Positions 8,407 to 17,067 of a stretch of DNA of 64,000 bases are shown one piece after another; the stretch's first letter is position 1, and each line of letters begins with the position of its first letter. The DNA is from a virus. The DNA lies in the IMG/VR virus record IMGVR_UViG_3300044981_000204, positions 1-64,000 of that record; one strand, 5' to 3'. Below the pieces are notes generated by a model, which saw only the letters and a list, made by a program, of their open reading frames with translations, was not told where the DNA came from and ran no database searches. Made by a program: the position numbers and the translations under genes.

Positions 8407-9090
8407 ATGGCCACGAACCAAACACCGGTCCTCCCGGGCTACAGCGGCGTGGTGGACCTATCACACTGGCAGGCCGAGGTGGACTTCGCGGCGGCGAAGG
8501 AGGGCGGCATCGTCGCCGTGGTCGTAAAGTGTACCCAGGGCACGAACTGGCTGGACGCGAAGTACTATGAGAGGTTCCAGGCGGCGACCGAGGCGGAACT
8601 CCTCGTCGGCAGCTACCACTTTGGTACCAACGAACCGGTAGCAGATCAGGTGGCGAACTTCCTCTCCCACGCCCACCACGGGCCAAGGGACCTGCTCGCC
8701 CAGGACTTTGAGTGGTTCGCCAAGTCCCAGGAGTCGCTGGACCAGGCGAGGGATTTCGCCGCGGAGGTTGAGCAGAAGGTTGGGAGGCCCATGGTCCTCT
8801 ACTCGGGCGCGGCGTTCCTCAAGCAGATGGGCGAGTTCGCCGCCGACTCGGTGCTCAACAGGTGCCCGCTGTGGGTTGCCGACTACAGGGTCCTCCCACA
8901 ACCCCCCGTTCCCCCTGGTTGGTCCACCTGGACCATGTGGCAGTACACTGATGGGTCGTCGGGTCACCATCCCCACGCGACCAAGGGTGTTGGGCCGTGC
9001 GACAGGAGCACGTTCAATGGATCGGCGGAGGACCTGGCCGCGTTCTTTTCGTCGGGAGGCGTGGTGCTGCCGCAGGTGGCGGGTGGCTGA
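8407..9090 (+). CDS. GH25 muramidase endolysin
   Basis: VDLSHWQ, KCTQG, GSYHF, DFE, PLWVADY, WTMWQYT, CDRSTFNG. Confidence 0.92.
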   Translation: MATNQTPVLPGYSGVVDLSHWQAEVDFAAAKEGGIVAVVVKCTQGTNWLDAKYYERFQAATEAELLVGSYHFGTNEPVADQVANFLSHAHHGPRDLLAQDFEWFAKSQESLDQARDFAAEVEQKVGRPMVLYSGAAFLKQMGEFAADSVLNRCPLWVADYRVLPQPPVPPGWSTWTMWQYTDGSSGHHPHATKGVGPCDRSTFNGSAEDLAAFFSSGGVVLPQVAGG

Positions 9091-9361
9091 GGCTAGCAAC
9101 GGCGGGAGGCGGGTCTCGCTGAGCGTTGCGGTGCTGGGGCCGCTCGTGGCGGTCGTGTTGTGGCTCTTGGCTGATCGGTTCGTGGTGGGTACCCAGCTGA
9201 CGGCTGTTTCCGTCCGAGTCGCGGTCGTCGAGGAGGATTTTAGGCACTTCAGGGACCTGTGGGAGGTGCACATGCGGGACCATAGGTCCATAGAAGAGGG
9301 GCTGTCGACCATCAAGCAGCGCCAGAACCAGGTGTTCGACAAGCTCAAGATGTCTAGGTAA
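9083..9361 (+). CDS. Single-TM plus coiled-coil protein (holin/spanin-region)
   Basis: GTG 9083 overlaps the end of the lysin gene; hydrophobic VAVLGPLVAVVLWLLA. Confidence 0.6.
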   Translation: MAEASNGGRRVSLSVAVLGPLVAVVLWLLADRFVVGTQLTAVSVRVAVVEEDFRHFRDLWEVHMRDHRSIEEGLSTIKQRQNQVFDKLKMSR

Positions 9362-9375
9362 GTTGGAGGGTTGGT

Positions 9376-9730
9376 ATGTCGAACTTGCAAGATCCCCAGC
9401 GCCTGCTCGGCGACCTGTTGGGTCCGTGACGGTACAGATTGAGCAGTTGAAGGTTGCCTGGAGGGAGGTGTCGGACGCGGCCGCCGAGCTCAGGGCACTG
9501 GATGAGCATGTCGTTGCCCTCCGGAGGACTGGGGCCGCGGTGACGGCCGCTGACATGGCCGCCGTCGACAGGAGTTGTCCGGCCTGGTGAGGAAGCTCTC
9601 GACCGCCGCGGCGAGGCTGGTGGCGGCGATCGGCAACCTTGAGAACGCGGTGGCGGCGGCAATCCTGCCGCTGTCCCTGCCCGACCCGGCACTTTCCACC
9701 GCTGTCCCGGTCTTGTCGGCTAAGAAGTAA
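9376..9730 (+). pseudogene. Probable frameshifted coiled-coil protein gene (two apparent 1-nt deletions near 9421 and 9566)
   Basis: GGAGG SD and ATG 9376. Three successive -1 frames join into MSNLQDPQRLLGDLL/GSVTVQIEQLK...MAAV/QELSGLVRKLSTAAARLVAAIGNLENAV...AKK*. Confidence 0.45.
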
Positions 9731-9740
9731 GGAGGCTCGC

Positions 9741-9929
9741 GTGATAGTTCTGATACCTGTGTTCGTGCTGCTGGTGGGCTTGCTGATGTACGTCATGTCG
9801 GCTAGGCCCGAGATAAAGATGATGGGGATTATCCTGTTTGCCTGCGGGGCCCTGGTGACCACTGAGTGCTTGGCGGGGGTCTGGGTGAAGCCACTCCCGG
9901 GGTCGAGCCAGGGCTCGGGCGGAAGGTAG
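9741..9929 (+). CDS. Small two-TM membrane protein
   Basis: AAGGAGG SD and GTG 9741; two hydrophobic segments. Confidence 0.65.
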   Translation: MIVLIPVFVLLVGLLMYVMSARPEIKMMGIILFACGALVTTECLAGVWVKPLPGSSQGSGGR

Positions 9930-9938
9930 GCTGAGCTG

Positions 9939-10439
9939 GTGGACTGGATAAAGCAGATATTGTTGCTCTTTATAGGCGGCTTGGTGAGCGCGAGCGTTGC
10001 GCTGTACCTATACAATAAGAAGCAACAAAACGAGAAGGAGAAGGACATCGCCCAGGACCACGAGAGGTTGGAGCGGCGCGTCGTGGAGCTTGAGAAGGCC
10101 CTGGCGTTGGTTAGTCAGACAGTTCTGCCGATATCCACTGTCTACCAAGCTATGTTGGTGCGGGAGTTGACGCACGCCCACACCCCCGTCGTCGATGCCC
10201 TGTTGGCGAAGGTTGGCATCCCCGGTGCCCTGTCCGAGCAGGACATGTTGGAACTTCAGAAGGCCCTCGAGCGACGCTATTCTGAGGTAGATCCTCAAAT
10301 TGGCGACGACGAGAGGGATGCGGCCAGGATATTCCCCATCATCATGAAGCGCGCGAAGGTTGAGCAAATGGTCATTGGGGCAGGACCGCTCAAGATAAAG
10401 TTTGCGACGGTTGCGGCTATTCCGCTGGAGGTCAAGTAG
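9939..10439 (+). CDS. N-terminal TM plus coiled-coil protein
   Basis: 166 aa, in the lysis cluster. Confidence 0.7.
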   Translation: MDWIKQILLLFIGGLVSASVALYLYNKKQQNEKEKDIAQDHERLERRVVELEKALALVSQTVLPISTVYQAMLVRELTHAHTPVVDALLAKVGIPGALSEQDMLELQKALERRYSEVDPQIGDDERDAARIFPIIMKRAKVEQMVIGAGPLKIKFATVAAIPLEVK

Positions 10440-10460
10440 TGGGGGTTCGAGGGAGGCAGT

Positions 10461-10814
10461 GTGTCGGTTAACCTTGGCAACTTCGGCAGGTTGGACTTCG
10501 GCGACTGGCTCTATGGCCTGTTCGCCGCGATCATCGGCGGCGGCGCCACGGTTGTGGCATCGGCGTTTGGGCTCGTCATGATCGATCCTTCCCACTTCAA
10601 CCTACAGTCTCCGCAGTTCTACAAGGCCATCGGGACCATGTTCTTGGCAAGTGGCATCGTCAACGGCTTCATGTTCCTGCGCACGAAGCCACTGCCTGAT
10701 AAGGTAAAGACCACCGTCTTCACTAGCGAGAAGACCGACACGTCCGTTCCAAAGGTCAAGGAAGTCATGACCGTGAGGGAGACCACGGTGGAGAGCGTTC
10801 CTCCCGAAAAATAG
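10461..10814 (+). CDS. Putative holin (2 TM, charged C-tail)
   Basis: Two hydrophobic helices, hydrophilic tail, near the endolysin. Confidence 0.55.
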   Translation: MSVNLGNFGRLDFGDWLYGLFAAIIGGGATVVASAFGLVMIDPSHFNLQSPQFYKAIGTMFLASGIVNGFMFLRTKPLPDKVKTTVFTSEKTDTSVPKVKEVMTVRETTVESVPPEK

Positions 10815-10863
10815 TTGTTCGCCATCCCGCAACCCGATCGCCTCACCGTGGTAGTATGGTATT

Positions 10864-11283
10864 ATGGTGGATATCAAGGATAGGCTGAGGTCGATGTTTC
10901 GGCAAGGGCCCGAGGGGCACTGGTTCTTGGAGGGGCGGGAGGTCGTTAGGCTAGATTCGGGCGAGGTCGTAACCACCATGCGGGCCGTGCACGCGGCATT
11001 CCTTGGACCGGTCCCGGGCGACGCTTGTGTAGTTTCGTCGTGTGATTTTAGGCTGTGCGGGGCCCCGGACCACCTCAAGCTTAGGCCGTCGAGTCGCAGG
11101 ATGCGGCCCCTAGACCTCAGCAATGTCGCAGGAGAACAAGGACGAGCGCAACAAGAGGTAGCCCCGAAGCACGGCGTGGCGCGGGAAGTGGGGAGGTTGT
11201 TCGACCTGGGAAATAGCCCGTCGCAGATTGGTTTGCGCCTCAACATCCCACTCGTGGACGTCCTCAAGTCGCTGAATTCTTGA
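10864..11283 (+). CDS. Degenerate HNH-endonuclease-like protein with C-terminal HTH
   Basis: RAVHAAFLGPVPGD--V-SSCDFRLCGAPDHL resembles phage HNH (H-CD...CVNPDHL) but lacks the first His and the Asn; SPSQIGLRLNIP is HTH-like. Confidence 0.55.
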   Translation: MVDIKDRLRSMFRQGPEGHWFLEGREVVRLDSGEVVTTMRAVHAAFLGPVPGDACVVSSCDFRLCGAPDHLKLRPSSRRMRPLDLSNVAGEQGRAQQEVAPKHGVAREVGRLFDLGNSPSQIGLRLNIPLVDVLKSLNS

Positions 11284-11376
11284 GGATCGAGGCGCGGTTG
11301 GCAACTTGTTGTGTTCGCGCAAGACAACTTGGCGCTACAATGGGGGTGTTGTCGACTTTGTTAGGAGGTGGTTCAT

Positions 11377-11499
11377 ATGGCAGACGATGGCGGCGAGGTT
11401 CCTCCGGTTCCCCCAAATTCTCCCGTTCCCCCAGAAGCTTCTCCTGCTCCTGTTTCCGATCCTGTTGAGCAGGAAGATGGCGACGAAGACGGTAAGTAG
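11377..11499 (+). CDS. 40-aa Pro-rich acidic peptide (MADDGGEVPPVPPNSPVPP...EQEDGDEDGK)
   Basis: Not in the ORF track; strong TAGGAGGT SD and upstream TACAAT at 11336. Confidence 0.55.
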   Translation: MADDGGEVPPVPPNSPVPPEASPAPVSDPVEQEDGDEDGK

Positions 11500-11505
11500 C
11501 GTCCG

Positions 11506-11925
11506 ATGTCGTCTAGCGGTGACGGCGGTGGCTTCAGCTGGCCCATTTGGTTGGCTGGGATAGTTGGCATGGCCGTCACCGCCGCGCTCAACATCCTATA
11601 CAAGGCGCTGAGTATCCCTAGGCCCAAGGGGTTGGACCTAAGGAATGGTAGGAATGGGTCCGAGGAGTACTACAACTATGTGAGGAAGGTTAGACAGGAC
11701 CTGATGTCCGAGATCGCTGCGCTGAGGAACCAACGCGACAACGCGGCAGTTGAGTCGGACTCTAAGTTCTTGGACCTTAAGGAAGCCATGTCGTGCATAG
11801 AGCGCCAGCACCAGAAGGATAGGAGGGACATGCTGGAGAAGCTGGACGAGGTGGAGAGGACCCAAGCGGCCATCAGGAGGTTGCTTGAGTCTGGCGGGCC
11901 TTCGAGGTCCTCAGTACCACTATGA
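11506..11925 (+). CDS. Single-TM plus coiled-coil protein
   Basis: 139 aa; WPIWLAGIVGMAVTAALNILY TM segment. Confidence 0.65.
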   Translation: MSSSGDGGGFSWPIWLAGIVGMAVTAALNILYKALSIPRPKGLDLRNGRNGSEEYYNYVRKVRQDLMSEIAALRNQRDNAAVESDSKFLDLKEAMSCIERQHQKDRRDMLEKLDEVERTQAAIRRLLESGGPSRSSVPL

Positions 11926-12532
11926 CCCAAGCAATGAGGCACGAGAACCTAACGATGGCGAATGCCAGGTGGACCGTGAGCCACTTGATGTCTTCTCCTT
12001 TTTTGATGTTGACCATCCCAAGTAGGGCGTAGTTCATCAACCATAACGCTGTTATTCTTAGGTTCGAGGTCCCTGGTGGTCTGACTATGGTTGGCCTAAC
12101 TACCCAGTATGCTGCGGTAGAAACCGCAACGGTCGCAGCCGCGACGTAGAACCCTTGCCTATAGCTGTATAGTATGCTGAGGTTGAACTGGCTCTTGTAC
12201 GCTAGCATGGTTGAGGTCGTTACTCCCACGGCGAATAGGAGGCTCAACTTGAGAACGTAGGTTGGTTCGGTCTTCTTGAGGATGTACACAGTCCTCATGT
12301 GAAGCACTTCTGACGACTTGTAGCTTGCCTCAAGTATCATCAACACCTGGGAGGGGATCACCGCCACTAGGTCCATCCAGGCCCACGCGACGTAGCTGAA
12401 TTCGGCCGAAACTTGGGCTATTAGGTCAATCGCCATGCATAGCGTTAGGGACGGGAACTCGTAGCATAGTTTTGTCCTGAACACCAATAGGTATAGGAAG
12501 TACATGTGTGGTAGGTAGCAAGCCCTAATCAT
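11873..12532 (-). CDS. Polytopic membrane protein (about 6-7 TM), moron-like
   Basis: 219 aa and hydrophobic throughout; has its own TATAAT and AAGGA upstream; on the opposite strand to its neighbours. Confidence 0.7.
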   Translation of the reverse strand: MIRACYLPHMYFLYLLVFRTKLCYEFPSLTLCMAIDLIAQVSAEFSYVAWAWMDLVAVIPSQVLMILEASYKSSEVLHMRTVYILKKTEPTYVLKLSLLFAVGVTTSTMLAYKSQFNLSILYSYRQGFYVAAATVAVSTAAYWVVRPTIVRPPGTSNLRITALWLMNYALLGMVNIKKGEDIKWLTVHLAFAIVRFSCLIAWVIVVLRTSKARQTQATS

Positions 12533-12627
12533 GTGAATCCTTGCTATTATACAACACCTTTATGTGGTGTTTTCATCTTTGTTTTGGCAACTTAGCCAAT
12601 TACCCAAGGATTTCAGCAGTATATAAT

Positions 12628-15600
12628 ATGTCCGTGACCGGACGATCCTGGATCTACCTAATAGTCTCGGTATGGGTGCTAGCTCTTGCGTTGGTTGGTC
12701 AAGAAACCGTCGACTATAGGGGCGCCGAGCGGGTTTTTCCTTATCCCCTAAAAGAGAGGGAGCCAGGAACTTGCACCACGAGTCAATTTTACATAAATTC
12801 TGTCACGGGAAAAATAAGGTATTGTCTTGCTGCTAACCAATGGGTTGATTATCCCTATTTGGTGGGGGCAATGCTTGGAACTGATCAAGCTACCCCGTCT
12901 GTTGCTCCTCCTGCTGGAGAAACTTGGCTATACCCTAAGGGAGGAAAGTGGTGCTCACTTTCTCCTGCGCTTGTTGAGGCGTGCACTGGCGGGAGCGGCG
13001 GTGGGGGTGGTGCCACGATACCCTCAACTACGCACGTTATAGTTGGTGATGGCGGCGGCAATGGCGCAGATTCCAAGGTGGCGCTAACGGCGCCAACTAC
13101 TCTTTGGACCATAACCCCTGTAGCAGATAATCAGTCAACGATAATCCCAGGCGGAACGCTGTTCAACAATTCTCGAGCCATAAACACCTCGGCGCCCCTT
13201 GCTGGGGGTGGTGCTCTATCGTCTGACCTAACACTAACGTGCGGGGTTGCGTCTGGGTCGTCGGCTGGGTGCATCTCTGCTGCCGATTGGACGACGTTCA
13301 ACAACAAGGTTCCTACGTCTACTACTGTGAACGGTCACGCGCTATCGTCCAACGTGACTGTCACGCAGACCGATGTGGGGCTCGCTAGCGTTACAAACGA
13401 CGCGCAGACCAAGGCCTCCGTAATGCCGAACACTGCGCCATTGGCCGGGCAATTTCCGGTCGGTAACGCGGGAGGAACAGCCTATGCTCCCGTCACACTA
13501 TCGCAAGACTGTACCCTTACTAGCGCTGGAGCGATCACGTGCTTGAAAACTAACAATGTTGCGTTTGGTACTGCGGCAACGCAGAACACCGGAACTAGCG
13601 GGGCGACGTTGGGCTTGCTAAACGGCAACCTGACTTTTGGAGGAACGAACGCCTACGGGACTCCGGCGAGTATTACGCTCACGAATGCGACCGGACTTCC
13701 TTTGGGAGGAATGGCGAATCTCGCGGCTAATAGTTTTATCGGCAATAACACTGGGTCTCCAACAACTCCGCTCGCGTTAACGATCGCACAAAGTAAGTCG
13801 CTCTTGGCAATTGCCTGTGGGGACCTGACCAACGCTACGGTTCTCTGTTCAACTGCTCCCGGAACTGGAGTCGCAACGTTTCTGATCACACCGAGTGGCG
13901 CTAATCTCGCATCGGCTCTGACAAGTGCGTTGACGGTTCCGGCAGGCGGTACTGGGGCGGGAACATTTATCGCGAATGCTCCACTGATTGGTAATACGAC
14001 CGGCGCGATCGGGGTCGGCACACGCTCCGGTAACACAACCAGCTTCGCGACGACAAGCGGAACTCTAACGAACGGTCATTGCACTCAGATCGACGCCAGT
14101 GGCAATATCGTGGATTCGGGTTCGTCCAACTGCGGTGGCGGTGGATCGACGGCGTGGTCCGCGATCTCAAACGCGGCTGGCGCGCTGACGCTTGCAAACG
14201 GCACAAACGCGACTACATTCAATCAGACCAATGCCACGGTTTGGACCTGGGCCAACACTACCGCGGCAGTGGTCGGCACCAGTCAGAGTTCTCCAATTGC
14301 GACTTGGTGCGGCACGGCATTTCACGGCAGCGCGAGCGTCCAGGACTGCTTGACGCTTCAGAATCAGCCGGGTAACGGCAACGACGCGGCCATTACGTTC
14401 GCGGTCGGCCACACGGGAACCAGCACCGGCACCGTGACAACGACGTTTCCCGGACCAATAACGGCCACATCGGTGACGAGCAACGGCAGTTCCGCTGGAA
14501 TGTTGTCACTAACCAATAGCGCCACTCCCAGCAGCGTGGTTGCAAACTCCTGGGGCTGGACAGGCAACGCTAGTACAACAACGTCTTGGTATGGACAGAA
14601 TCCAAATGCAAGTCCTGTCGCGAACCAGATCATGCTGTTCCCGGCTCCCACGAGCAGCGTGAGTCAATGGGCATGGACAACGTTCAGCAGTACAAATCTG
14701 ACCGATACGGCAAGCCTAGTCCGCAATAACGCGGCGAACACCTATACAACTGGCGCGCAAGACTTTACCTCTGCTACCAGCATTCTCGTCTCAACGCAAA
14801 CCGCGTCGGACAATTCCACCAAGGCCGCTTCGACGGCATATGTCACGACCGGGATCGCGAATGCTATTGCCGCTGTTGATCCAGCCGTCGCAGTACAAGC
14901 GGCGAGTGCGGCAGTTCTTCCAAATACACCAACTTATAGCAATGGCGTGGCCGGTGTGGGAGCCACGCTCACCTCCGCGACCAATAGCGCCTTGGTTGTG
15001 GACGGCTACACGGTGCTGCTCAACGATCGTGTGCTGGTCAAGAACCAGGCGACGGCGGCGAATAATGGGGTCTACACCCAGACGACACTGGGCGTGGGCG
15101 GATCAGTTGCCTGGGTGCTGACGCGTGCGACTGATTTCAACTCCTCTACCAACATGAACAACACGGGCGCGATCCCGGTCGTGAACGGAACGGCCAACGC
15201 CTCAACCCAGTGGCTTTTGACCTCTAAGGTCACAACGGTAGGCACCGATGCCGTGACGTTCACAGAATTTGCCTTGAATCCGACGACGCTTGTAACAACG
15301 ACTGCAACTCCAAGCGCAGGTGTAGGGCACTTCGCAGGTAGCACGCAGACAATCACGAGTTCGGCGGTCAATCTAGCGGGTGGATCGACCGAAGTTACGG
15401 GTGTACTCCCAACGGCAAATATAGCCGTGGCGCTCGCCAACCAGACCAGCATCAACGGCCTTGGAATCACGGCGAGCACTGGAACGCTCACAATAGCAAA
15501 CGCGAAAACGCTGACAGCGAGCAACACGTTAGAAGTTGCGGGAAGTGCTGCGGATAATGGAGGGGTTGTCTGGTCGAATGCGAGCGGTTATGTAATACTC

Positions 15601-16353
15601 GCTCACACCACGACCGCGAATCTCCCTTTGCTGTCCGGTAACGCCGCAACTCCGGCATGGGCGGCAATTACCTATCCAACGAGTGCGACGAGCGGTGGCG
15701 TCCCGTACTTCTCCTCAACGACTGCAATGGCATCGAGTGCGGCGGGAACGGCCAAGCAATTAATGCTCTGGGGTGGTGCGGGATCTGCTCCGACCGCCAT
15801 CGACTTTCCAGAGCGATACATGATCCCGTTCGCGAATTGCAATAATACGACCGCAGCCGCCGGTGTCTCGATTGGATCTGGAGGAACGGTCACCTGCCGC
15901 GCTGGTACGAATAACCTTGGCGGTTATGTTTCGATCACCGATACTGCCTCAACGTTCGCACAGTTTCAAATCTCGATTCCGACCGACTGGGACACGGCGA
16001 CCAATCCGTACATCTCCTTCGCGTTTATCTCCGTCACCGATACGACCAACGGTCACACGGTCATTCCGCAGATCAAGGTCTCCTGCCCAACAGCGACCAA
16101 CGGGACGGTTACTGACGACCACGCCTTTGCAGCGGCTCACAGCGCAACGACAGTGACCTTCGGGGCGAGCGCGGTGGCAAACGGGTTCTACACCACGTCG
16201 GTCCAGATGAACTCGACAGACATGACCGGCTGCGTGGCCGGTGGAATGATGATTGTGCAGGTTGGGAGGGCTACCGACACGGCGACTGGAACGATCGGAT
16301 TCGAGTATGCTGATGTCACGTTCCCGAGATTGCTAGTGGTGCAGGCAAACTAA
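12628..16353 (+). CDS. Large Thr/Ala/Gly-rich fibre-like protein with predicted signal peptide
   Basis: Start is ATG 12628 or GTG 12634 after TATAAT; hydrophobic N-terminus then QE; DRVLVKNQ...NNGVY...WVLTRATD motif typical of phage fibre proteins. Confidence 0.75.
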   Translation: MSVTGRSWIYLIVSVWVLALALVGQETVDYRGAERVFPYPLKEREPGTCTTSQFYINSVTGKIRYCLAANQWVDYPYLVGAMLGTDQATPSVAPPAGETWLYPKGGKWCSLSPALVEACTGGSGGGGGATIPSTTHVIVGDGGGNGADSKVALTAPTTLWTITPVADNQSTIIPGGTLFNNSRAINTSAPLAGGGALSSDLTLTCGVASGSSAGCISAADWTTFNNKVPTSTTVNGHALSSNVTVTQTDVGLASVTNDAQTKASVMPNTAPLAGQFPVGNAGGTAYAPVTLSQDCTLTSAGAITCLKTNNVAFGTAATQNTGTSGATLGLLNGNLTFGGTNAYGTPASITLTNATGLPLGGMANLAANSFIGNNTGSPTTPLALTIAQSKSLLAIACGDLTNATVLCSTAPGTGVATFLITPSGANLASALTSALTVPAGGTGAGTFIANAPLIGNTTGAIGVGTRSGNTTSFATTSGTLTNGHCTQIDASGNIVDSGSSNCGGGGSTAWSAISNAAGALTLANGTNATTFNQTNATVWTWANTTAAVVGTSQSSPIATWCGTAFHGSASVQDCLTLQNQPGNGNDAAITFAVGHTGTSTGTVTTTFPGPITATSVTSNGSSAGMLSLTNSATPSSVVANSWGWTGNASTTTSWYGQNPNASPVANQIMLFPAPTSSVSQWAWTTFSSTNLTDTASLVRNNAANTYTTGAQDFTSATSILVSTQTASDNSTKAASTAYVTTGIANAIAAVDPAVAVQAASAAVLPNTPTYSNGVAGVGATLTSATNSALVVDGYTVLLNDRVLVKNQATAANNGVYTQTTLGVGGSVAWVLTRATDFNSSTNMNNTGAIPVVNGTANASTQWLLTSKVTTVGTDAVTFTEFALNPTTLVTTTATPSAGVGHFAGSTQTITSSAVNLAGGSTEVTGVLPTANIAVALANQTSINGLGITASTGTLTIANAKTLTASNTLEVAGSAADNGGVVWSNASGYVILAHTTTANLPLLSGNAATPAWAAITYPTSATSGGVPYFSSTTAMASSAAGTAKQLMLWGGAGSAPTAIDFPERYMIPFANCNNTTAAAGVSIGSGGTVTCRAGTNNLGGYVSITDTASTFAQFQISIPTDWDTATNPYISFAFISVTDTTNGHTVIPQIKVSCPTATNGTVTDDHAFAAAHSATTVTFGASAVANGFYTTSVQMNSTDMTGCVAGGMMIVQVGRATDTATGTIGFEYADVTFPRLLVVQAN

Positions 16354-17067
16354 ATGAGATATCTATTTTTGGCGCTATTTCTATTGTGCGGAAGCGTATC
16401 ATATTCTCAGTACGTTTCATCTGCTTACAATAGCGGCGCTGGCGCTGGCGGAACCTGGACGCTTACGCAAAATCCTACCGGTGTAGCCTCCTCGGGGGGC
16501 ACCTGCGTGATCTCCACCGGAAGCAATGTCACTTTGGGAAACCTCCTCGTTGCTTCTGGCTTAATTGGAGCATCGGCAACTTTAACAATCGCGGACAACC
16601 ACGGCAACACGTGGACGCAGGTGCAAAAAAACGGTTTTGTGGGCATGTGGTTTCTAATAGCGCCGTCCACACAATCCATGATTGTGACCATCACTTTTAC
16701 CGGTTCTGGGGCCGGTAACGCCTGCGTGCTCCAAGAGTGGAACGGAAATAAGGCGTCTAGCCCTCTTGATACTTCAGGAATCGCGACGGCTTCTGAGGCG
16801 GGAGGGGCCGTGTCGGTCACGACAGCGGGCAACCTCACGGCAAACAGCGACCTCTTACTGGGATGGATCTTTGGAGACAATGGGGGGATTTCTTCAACAT
16901 CCAACGGAGCGGGATTTACCGCCCCCGCTGTGAATCATTTTAACAACTACGGGATGCAGGAATATCAAGTCTTGACTACCGGCTCTGGTGCTACGGCATC
17001 GGCGACTTGGACAACGACTGGCACGGAGTCAAATTACAAAATCGTAGCCGCGTTTCTTCACTCATGA
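16354..17067 (+). CDS. Secreted beta-rich protein; paralog of 51961-52629
   Basis: Signal peptide MRYLFLALFLLCGSVSYS-Q; shares the (I/V)xDxxGNT(W/Y)T and xEx(N/S)GxxxxPxD pattern. Confidence 0.75.
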   Translation: MRYLFLALFLLCGSVSYSQYVSSAYNSGAGAGGTWTLTQNPTGVASSGGTCVISTGSNVTLGNLLVASGLIGASATLTIADNHGNTWTQVQKNGFVGMWFLIAPSTQSMIVTITFTGSGAGNACVLQEWNGNKASSPLDTSGIATASEAGGAVSVTTAGNLTANSDLLLGWIFGDNGGISSTSNGAGFTAPAVNHFNNYGMQEYQVLTTGSGATASATWTTTGTESNYKIVAAFLHS

